The translations under genes were made by a program, and so were the position numbers. Of a stretch of DNA of 64,000 nt, positions 10,355-18,600 are shown piece after piece. The notes under the pieces are model-generated. The model ran no database searches, was not told the DNA's origin, and worked only from the letters and a program-made list of their open reading frames with translations. Every line of letters starts with the position of its first letter. Within the stretch, counting starts at the first letter, position 1. This stretch comes from Nitrospinota bacterium (GTDB lineage: Bacteria > Nitrospinota > Nitrospinia > Nitrospinales > VA-1): positions 15,707 to 79,706 of the forward strand of contig DUZG01000003.1 in NCBI GenBank assembly GCA_013349585.1, given 5' to 3'.

Positions 10355-11362
10355 TCAAGATCCCCAAAGTTCTTTCATCCAGATAAATCGTTCCCACCAT
10401 TGGCGGTTATTCTTGTAAAACTCAATGGTTTTTTCCAACCCTGCATCCAAACTTATTTCTGCCTGCCAACCTAGTAATTCCTGGGATTTATCTGTCGAGG
10501 AAATATGACGCGAAACTTGGCCGGGACGATCTTTTATATAATTGAGCGTGCTTTCCGGCTTACCCAGTTTTTCTAAAACTTTGCGTCCGATGTCAAGCAC
10601 GCAGGTGTCGCTACCTGTTCCCAGATTTATTGTCTGGCCTATAACTTTTTCCCTGTCTAAATGTAGAACTTTATCCAATGCTCGGCAAGTATCTTCTACA
10701 AATAACCAGTCCCGCGAGCTGCTGCCATCACCATGAATAGTGAGTGGTTTATCTTGCAAAGCGCTGACAATAAAATTGGGGATAGCCTTTTCCAGATGTT
10801 GACAGGGACCGTAGTTGTTAAAAGGTCGAACAATTACCGCTGGCAAATCGTAAGTTTTAATATAGGAATAAATCAATCGGTCAGCACCAGCTTTCGCCGC
10901 TGCATAGGGGCTCATTGGATTCAACGGATGCTCTTCATCCATCGGATCGGTTAAAGCCGTTCCATAAACCTCCGAGGATGAAATATGTACAAACAATTCT
11001 ACAGGATTATTCACCGCTGCATTTGCAACCACCTGGGTGCCGATGACGTCGGTCTCGAAAAAGATCGCGTTATCATAAATCGATCGAGTCACATGCGACT
11101 CTGCGGCAAAGTGAACGACAATATCCGCCTCGGCAACTAATTTGCCGACAATGTCTGGATGGGTGATGTTGCCGTGGAAAAATTCAAAATGGCAGTTGGA
11201 TTTTAAAGCAGGAGAAATATTGTCGAGATTGCCAGCGTACGTCAGTGCATCGAGGAGCAAAATTTTGTAATCGGGATAACAGCGGTGGATATAGTTAATA
11301 AAATTACTGCCAATAAAACCGGCACCGCCTGTGACCAGTAATTTTTTCTTAAATTCGCTCAT
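10355..11362 (-). CDS. NAD-dependent nucleotide-sugar dehydratase/epimerase (RmlB/RfbB-like SDR)
   Basis: TGGAGFIG, DALTYAGN, HFAAESHV, YAAAK, NNYGP. Catalytic segment is SSSEVYG rather than STDEVYG. Confidence 0.85.
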   Translation of the reverse strand: MSEFKKKLLVTGGAGFIGSNFINYIHRCYPDYKILLLDALTYAGNLDNISPALKSNCHFEFFHGNITHPDIVGKLVAEADIVVHFAAESHVTRSIYDNAIFFETDVIGTQVVANAAVNNPVELFVHISSSEVYGTALTDPMDEEHPLNPMSPYAAAKAGADRLIYSYIKTYDLPAVIVRPFNNYGPCQHLEKAIPNFIVSALQDKPLTIHGDGSSSRDWLFVEDTCRALDKVLHLDREKVIGQTINLGTGSDTCVLDIGRKVLEKLGKPESTLNYIKDRPGQVSRHISSTDKSQELLGWQAEISLDAGLEKTIEFYKNNRQWWERFIWMKELWGS

Positions 11363-11553
11363 TTGTTTTATTTAATATGTGGTCTGAAAAACCATATCGT
11401 TACAATATTATATACAAGGGTCCAATTATTCTTTACGGGAAAATGGCGGAAATCCTTTAATTATAATAGGAAAGGAGGGTTTTTAGAGGGGTAGCGGGGC
11501 GAAAAACCGCCCCATTTACAGAAATAGCAAAATCTAAGCAGAATAGGGAGAAT

Positions 11554-12216
11554 TTAAATCATGCTGACCAGCTTATTGATGGTTTTTTCGATCCCCTCCG
11601 CCACTTCAGAAATACTTTGGCCCACCATATAGGCCGGGGTTGAAATAATTTTATTTTCTTCGTCAAAAACGAAATCAGTCGCGAGACATTCCTGATGCTT
11701 ACTCCCCATAGCTTCGATCATGCCAATACCTTCTTTATCGTTACCAATCGTCAAAGTGGGTTTGGCTGTTTCGTTTTGATAAATTTTTGCCATCATAGCC
11801 GGAGCGATGCATAAAGCAGCTTGTGGTTTTTTCTTGGCAGCAAACTCTTTCACTAGCCTCATGACTTCGGGATTAACATCACATTCATCGCCTTTTTCTG
11901 CAAAGTTTGAGAGGTTCTTGGCTGCACCGAACCCACCGGGGATCACCAGCGCATCAATGTCATCGGCTTTGATTGCATTGATATCGCGGATTTCTCCACG
12001 GGCAATACGAGCCGACTCCACGAGCACGTTGCGTTTTTCTGTTGGCATTTCCTGCCCATTGTGATGATTGACCACATGCATTTGATCGATATCAGGGGCC
12101 ATGCATACGGCCTTGGCACCGGCACGATCGATTGCCAAAAGAGTGATGACCGCCTCATGAATCTCCGATCCGTCATACACACCGCACCCTGAAAGAACGA
12201 CACCAATTTTTTTCAT
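11554..12216 (-). CDS. elbB: ElbB/ES1-family glyoxalase (DJ-1/PfpI superfamily)
   Basis: LSGCGVYDGSEIHE, RNVLVESARIARG, PGGFGAAKNL, CIAP, STPAYM. Confidence 0.95.
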   Translation of the reverse strand: MKKIGVVLSGCGVYDGSEIHEAVITLLAIDRAGAKAVCMAPDIDQMHVVNHHNGQEMPTEKRNVLVESARIARGEIRDINAIKADDIDALVIPGGFGAAKNLSNFAEKGDECDVNPEVMRLVKEFAAKKKPQAALCIAPAMMAKIYQNETAKPTLTIGNDKEGIGMIEAMGSKHQECLATDFVFDEENKIISTPAYMVGQSISEVAEGIEKTINKLVSMI

Positions 12217-12339
12217 AGTTATTTCCCCTCTAAATATAAGAACTCAATGTGAGATGATTTTTAATTGAAAGTTCGGCTCAAATTCTACCACCCTCTAACA
12301 GGGGAGGCAATGTTCGTAGAGAAACCACACAAAAGATAG

Positions 12340-12448
12340 AACTATAGATGAGCACGGATAGACACAGATCAATCATTCCTCTCCCTCGGTGGGGAGAGGG
12401 ATTATTTTAGTTGCCCCCACGGCGAGTGGTCTGTGTTTGTCTGTGGTT
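12340..12448 (+). repeat. Nested palindromic (REP/MITE-like) element between nadE and elbB
   Basis: 12340-12359 pairs with 12429-12448 over 20 positions on the + strand, 7 of them G-T wobbles. Encloses the hairpin ttcctctccc-tcggtg-gggagaggga. Confidence 0.6.
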
Positions 12449-14135
12449 AACTTTTATGCCGGTGGGTAATAGGCAAGCGCCTGTCTTTACCAAAGGCTTT
12501 AGGAGTGATTTTAACACCCGGAGGGCCTTGCCGACGTTTGTATTCACTGGCATCCACCAGTTTTGCGACTCGCTTGATATCCGTTGTCGACAAACCGGGA
12601 ACTTTTATCTCTTCGACCGATTTATCTTCTTCAATGTATTTTAACAAGACTGGATCCAGTAAATCATAGGCAGGTAACGAATCGGAATCTTTCTGATCTG
12701 GCCGTAGTTCTGCCGAGGGTTCTTTCGTGATGATGGACTCGGGGATGATTTCTTTTTCATCATTGAGCCAACGCGAAATTTTATAGACCCAAAATTTTGG
12801 TACGTCTTTGATAACGGCGAATCCCCCAGCCATATCGCCATAAAGAGTGCAATACCCCACACTGAATTCACTTTTATTTCCCGTAGCCAGAACCATCCAC
12901 CCCATTTTATTTGAAAGTGCCATGAGCAGGTTGCCGCGTATTCTTGCTTGTATGTTTTCTTCTGCTAACCCAGAACCCGTTCCTTTAAATGGTTTTGCGA
13001 GGATGTGACCGTATGCCTCCATGGCTTTTTCTATGGGAAGCGTCAAAGTCGCAATGTCTATATTCTTTGCTAGGTCAAGAGAATCCTGAACGCTACCTTC
13101 AGAAGAGTAGGGGGAGGGCATCAACACTCCGACCACATTTTCTGAGCCTAACGCTTGCGCAGCAATGACTGCGGTTAATGCCGAATCGATTCCGCCGCTC
13201 AGCCCTAGTACCACTTTTGAAAATCCGTTCTTGGAAATATAGTCACGAGTGCCTAAAACCAGTGCTGAGAAAATCTCTTCGACCTCTGTTTTATCACAGC
13301 AAATATGAGAGGGAAGGGCGGGGTATTTTTTCTGTTTCGATAGCCCCGCCGGTGCGCGGTAAGATCGAATATTGATTTTAGAAGATAGTTTTTTCTTTGG
13401 TTTAGGAATGATTTCAATATCGGAAAAAATCAATTCTTCTGCGAAAGAATTTCCCTGCGTGACGATTTTGCCATCGGGTGCTACCATCATACTTTGCCCG
13501 TCAAATACTAACTCATCCTGACCGCCGACCAGATTGACATAAGCAATATGTGAGCGATAACTGCGTGCACGTTGCTGGATCATTTTTTTTCGTGCTGTGC
13601 CTTTTCCTTTGTGGAAGGGAGAAGAAGAAATATTCAACAGCAAGTCTACCCCACCTTTACCGCACAGAGTTTTTCCCGGCCCTGATTCCTCCCAAATATC
13701 TTCGCAAATTGTAATACCCAGTGTTGCTCCTTTTAATGCAAACCGAACGGGAGTGCTGCCTTCCTGAAAATATCTTTTTTCATCGAATACACCGTAATTT
13801 GGAAGAAGCATTTTTCGACAAGTGCCGACATGCTTGCCATTGCAAAGCAGGGCCGCAGAATTATAGATGGAGTTGCCGTGCTTTTCTGCAAAGCCGACAA
13901 TGGCAGTCAGCCCTCGGGTATGAGATACAATTTTTTCCAGAGCCCTGTGACTGTGCATTAAAAAACTGTCTTTCAGTAACAAGTCTTCAGGTGGGTAGCC
14001 AGTGATAGCTAATTCTGGGAAAAGAATTACATCGGTGCCCATTTTCCGGGCTTGCTTTAAATGGCTTTTTATTCTATTGGTATTGTCATCAAAATCGCCG
14101 ACCATCGAATTCATTTGCGCCAATGCAATTCGCAT
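12447..14135 (-). CDS. nadE: Glutamine-dependent NAD+ synthetase
   Basis: Nitrilase domain (FPEL, LPNYGVFDEKRYF, ICEDIW) fused to a synthetase domain (GLSGGIDS, ENIQAR, TGNKSE, PSAEL). Likely start is MRIALAQ; the ORF is open to 14234. Confidence 0.96.
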   Translation of the reverse strand: MRIALAQMNSMVGDFDDNTNRIKSHLKQARKMGTDVILFPELAITGYPPEDLLLKDSFLMHSHRALEKIVSHTRGLTAIVGFAEKHGNSIYNSAALLCNGKHVGTCRKMLLPNYGVFDEKRYFQEGSTPVRFALKGATLGITICEDIWEESGPGKTLCGKGGVDLLLNISSSPFHKGKGTARKKMIQQRARSYRSHIAYVNLVGGQDELVFDGQSMMVAPDGKIVTQGNSFAEELIFSDIEIIPKPKKKLSSKINIRSYRAPAGLSKQKKYPALPSHICCDKTEVEEIFSALVLGTRDYISKNGFSKVVLGLSGGIDSALTAVIAAQALGSENVVGVLMPSPYSSEGSVQDSLDLAKNIDIATLTLPIEKAMEAYGHILAKPFKGTGSGLAEENIQARIRGNLLMALSNKMGWMVLATGNKSEFSVGYCTLYGDMAGGFAVIKDVPKFWVYKISRWLNDEKEIIPESIITKEPSAELRPDQKDSDSLPAYDLLDPVLLKYIEEDKSVEEIKVPGLSTTDIKRVAKLVDASEYKRRQGPPGVKITPKAFGKDRRLPITHRHKS

Positions 14136-14304
14136 GGCAGTTCCTAGTTTTTTCGGCATTGATTCCACGCTCTTTTTACTTGCAGGCATTGTCGACTTTT
14201 TTTTCGAGAGGTTCTTTGGAAAATTAATATTCATCCCGTTTGGCAGATTATACTACAATAGATATTAATCCTTAATTATCTGGGGCAGAAAAAAATATCG
14301 AGAT

Positions 14305-14739
14305 ATGACTGAACCTAATCAAGCAGAAGAGAGTATTAAACATTCAATTAATAAAAATGGGTTTCCCGAAAAAGTCGTTCGGCTTCCGTTCAAGCCGGTT
14401 TACGATGCCTGCAAAAAACACGGCACGAATTTGTCGGATGTTTTAGATAATTTGCAGGAACAGCAGATTTTCGGGAAAATCATTGGCAACCATGTTGAGT
14501 TTCGTTCTCGGGAGAAAATCGATTTAAAGTCTCCCAATCCGTCTTCTGCTGATGACTTCTCGTGGGTAAAAGGTGCAGCGGGAAATATGGAAGGATTCCA
14601 GGGCGCTGCAAAAGAAGCCATGGGAAAAATGACTCCCGATCAAATGCAGGAAATTCGCAAATCTGTTGAATCAATGAGTGATGAAGAAAAGATGAATATA
14701 ATGAAAATGTTCTCCCAGCGATTCGATCCTTCCAAATAA
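14305..14739 (+). CDS. Hypothetical protein with Met-rich helical C-terminus
   Basis: 144-aa ORF divergent from nadE and closely followed by the next gene. Confidence 0.7.
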   Translation: MTEPNQAEESIKHSINKNGFPEKVVRLPFKPVYDACKKHGTNLSDVLDNLQEQQIFGKIIGNHVEFRSREKIDLKSPNPSSADDFSWVKGAAGNMEGFQGAAKEAMGKMTPDQMQEIRKSVESMSDEEKMNIMKMFSQRFDPSK

Positions 14740-14756
14740 TTTAACTCAAAATATAT

Positions 14757-15605
14757 ATGCTAATTTTTTCTAAAGATATCGGTCAACGAGACCATACTCA
14801 TGCGCTGGAAGATAAACTGCCAGACTTGAAAAGCTATATGGAATACCAAAGAAAACTATTTCCATACACCGTTGTTCGGGCGGGATTAGACTTGGCCTAC
14901 AAAGAGGTTGATGACATGCTCAATTTTGTCGATAACGATTATCGTCCGCCTACCGACAGCAACCGACAGGAATACCCTGCAGATGTTGATCAGTGGTACC
15001 GTCAACGGTTTCCCTGGTCGTCCGCATTTTTAAAAATGGAGGATATGCATTACGCTTTGGTAACTCTTGTTAAAATAATGGATTCCTTCCGTACTCACGA
15101 AACCGGAAACAGTTATCATTGGACTGTTTTGTACGATTCCGTTCACAATATTATTCAGGTTTATAACAGTCTCATCCGGGAGAAACCCGACCAGTCGAGA
15201 GATATCCATTTGAGCAGTGGAGTTGAAGTTGACTTCGATGACTTTGTAAATAATTACTGGCTGAATCTCGATTTTATGATATTTTCGCAAGCCGACTATC
15301 CTCACAAACCGCATATGAAAAGAAAAGCAGCGATTGAGGAGACGATCCAACAGCGTATGGCGGAAGGAGAGGAGCCTTTGGTTGCCCTGGAAAACTTGGC
15401 CCCTGATTTAAAACCTGATGAAGCCACACTAAAACTTCTAAGGCGAGATCCTGTTGAAACTCGGCTTCTTGAATTGATCAGTCATCCTGAAACGGGAAAA
15501 CAATATGACAGTATCAATAAAGAGTTTACAGAAAACCAGCAGTACGGAAAAATCTCAATTGTTGATGCTGATTATTTGGTTAACCACGAACATTCAAAGA
15601 AATAA
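14757..15605 (+). CDS. Hypothetical protein
   Basis: 282-aa ORF of globular composition, 17 bp after the previous gene; no motif recognised. Confidence 0.75.
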   Translation: MLIFSKDIGQRDHTHALEDKLPDLKSYMEYQRKLFPYTVVRAGLDLAYKEVDDMLNFVDNDYRPPTDSNRQEYPADVDQWYRQRFPWSSAFLKMEDMHYALVTLVKIMDSFRTHETGNSYHWTVLYDSVHNIIQVYNSLIREKPDQSRDIHLSSGVEVDFDDFVNNYWLNLDFMIFSQADYPHKPHMKRKAAIEETIQQRMAEGEEPLVALENLAPDLKPDEATLKLLRRDPVETRLLELISHPETGKQYDSINKEFTENQQYGKISIVDADYLVNHEHSKK

Positions 15606-15608
15606 ATA

Positions 15609-18600
15609 TCAAGGGGCGAAACTAAAAAAGTCTAGCTGACTCAAGCTGAACAGAGGTTTGGGAGACCTCTTGGGCGTTTTGTGTGAAGATTGATAAGAGG
15701 CTCTTTTTCCTCCAGAAGTATCCTCAAAATAGGAGGAAGATTTCTGTACCGACTTTCTAAAAGAAATATCAGCCACCTGCTCCTCTTCGAAAGTTGTTTT
15801 AGGTCGTTTGGAAAGGACACTTCTTGATGATCTTTTTCTTTCGGCTATTTGGCTGTTTTCAATCCCAGTTCCTTCCCAGATATTCCCAAGGTTTTCCAAG
15901 CCATCAAAATAGACCGCTGTTTCTTCATCAATCTCTACCAATCCTTTTACTTCGCTAAACAAATTAAGAGGAGGAAGTTTTTTCCTTTTGGCTGTTGCTA
16001 GATCGAGCTTTAAATAAGTTGGTTCAGGGTATTCTAACTGAGTAAATAATTGCCCCGTAGTTTCGTTAGAACGCTGACTTAATTTTTTATCCAGAACGAG
16101 TATGTTTCCCGTATCACGCCGAGTGAATAATACGGATCCCGAAAATGCGGTTGCATTATGTCGGTTGGTGGCGGTTCTTATAAATGAGACGTTAATATCT
16201 CCGGTTCCAGCATGGTTAATTTTAAAAATATCGATAGCATTTGATTCGAAGATATTGATTTTTCCTGATGTGGAATTGTCAATGTCAACCGAGGTCAAAT
16301 TTGTTTCGATAGCGTTGTCTGATGTTCCAAACCCTGTTACCAGGTCGGCTACCAGTCGCCCCGATGTGCTAATATCCAAAGCACTTGTGTCACCATCGCG
16401 AACGCCGCCATTCGTTGAAGTCAAAGTGATGGAAGTGGTTGAAGAGTTTGAGGTGGTGAGCAAGCCAAGAGTAATATCTTGATCGGCTGACAAGTTAATA
16501 GTTTCTGTTCCTGCGTTGAAAGATCCTCCTGTTGCCATTGTTATTGCACCTCCGTTACTCTCGGCCCTTGCAATTATTTTTCCCGAGGTGGTAACGTTTC
16601 CACTAACATTCAGTGATTTGGCACCATTTACTGTCACAGTAAGGTCGCCGCCTATTGTGGAATTCCCCAATGTAAAATCACTGTTACTAACCACTGTTGC
16701 GTTGGCAGTTCCTGATGTGTTGAAGCTAGCTGTGCCAGCGATAGTTAATACGCCAGCACCTGCAATGGCCGCCCCAGATGTTGCAGTCAATGAACCGGTA
16801 GTCGTTACATCAACGCCAAAGTCCATGCCGCCTGTGCCGGCGTTGATAGTAATGTTGCCCAGGCCTGATGAAGCTGTGCCAGAAAAGTTAACTGCACTTC
16901 CCGTTGCTGTTGCGTTCAAGGTTAGTGGTCCAGAAAAAGAAGTTACATTGTCTAATGTCGTGGTTCCATTGGAGTTATTCCCTATTGTCAGATCTGTAGC
17001 AGTGATCTGACTGAGTTCAGTATTATTCAAAGAAAAACTGCCAGCACCTGATCCCAGTCCTATGGTTTGGCCAGACTGCGAAGCCAATAATGTTGCAGTG
17101 CCTGAGTTGATTGCGCTAACGGCACCCAATGCTATATCGCTGGAGATGATAGATAAAGAGTTGCTACTGGTGTTCAATGTTTGGCCTGATGAAATTGTAA
17201 AAATACCACTGCCATTAGCATCACTATCTGAATTGAAACTTGTTGTGTTGTTAGTAGTTAGGTTGGAAGAGAGAGTAATTCCATTTCCGGAATTCACGGT
17301 TAAGACTTTAAAAATAGAAGCGGAATTTTCAAAAATAACCGATGATCCTGAGGATGTTGCATTTAAAGTTACTGATGTGAACTGGTCCGAATCCGTTGAA
17401 GGGATTCCGTCCACCGTGATATTGCCATTGGTGTTATCGCCAACGACCAGATCCCCGGCTATAATTTTTCCCAACTCGGTCGAAGTTAAACTCAAACCGC
17501 AGGTATCGCCGCAGTTGGAGGCTCCTAAGCCGATAGTGGCATTAGCCAGATTTGTTTGAATTGTTGTTGATGCGGTACCGCTACTTAATGTCGATCCTCC
17601 AATTGTCAGTCCATTCGATTTCAGGACAATAGCGCCTGATGCTATGAAATTATTGTTGAGATTTATGGCACCCGTGGATTTAAGCGTTATAGCTCCAGCC
17701 GTTGTGATGTTGCCAGTGTTTGAGGCTAATGTAATGTCTCCGGACGATGTAATGGTGCTGGTATTAATGACCAGTCCTGTTGTGCCAGACAAAGTCGATG
17801 CTCCTTGTCCTGTTATGGTCCCTCCGCTTTGTCCGATGGTCAGTTTTCCAGCAAGATTCAATGAAGTTCCAGATGCAAGGGTAATGCTGCCATTGATCAG
17901 ATTGAGATCACCGGTGATCAGAGCCAGTTCAGTATTACTGATATTCATTCCGGAAAATCCGGAAGTAAACCCCAACCCTAAACTTCCGCTGTTTGATACA
18001 TTAATGGTGGTTGCACTGGTGCCGGTATTTATCGACCCAGTTAAACTCAAATCACTGGCCGTGACAGTCAAAGCGTTATTGGTTGTAGATAAAGCTCCAG
18101 AAATGGTTGTGGTGCCGGTGCCTGAGTTCAGATCTACTGTTCCATTTGCTGAAAGACCGGCAAGAGAAACTCCCGAGCTTGCAGTTAGGTTTGCGGTTGT
18201 TACGGAAGTCAGTGCATTGCCAACAGTAATACTGCCTGTGGAATTTAGAGTGAGCGAACCATTATTAGCTGTAATCGTAGACCCGCCTAAAGTTATATTT
18301 CCTCCAGAAATGCTTGTACCACTTGCCAGAGAAAGCGAGCTTCCTCCTTCTAGATTAATGTTTTCTGCTGCCGTTAGCGTGCTGTTGTCGAGAGTTAGGC
18401 CGCTGTTGGCAGTCATCGTTATAGCACCTTGAGAAACTAGAGCGTTGTCGATATTTATCGTTGAGCTGGTAGAGGTGAGAATCAAGGCTCCCGCAGAGGT
18501 TGTGTTGCTGGCGCTAAGTGTCAATGCACCTGCTGAGCTTAAAGTAACGCCACTTCCTAATGCTAATACTGAAGAGTTTGCGTTGATGCTTAAGTCGCCA

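Noticed and set aside
11496-11514. Intrinsic terminator after elbB (GGGGCG..CGCCCC hairpin)
   Set aside because: The hairpin is present but has no U-tract on the coding strand, so support is insufficient.
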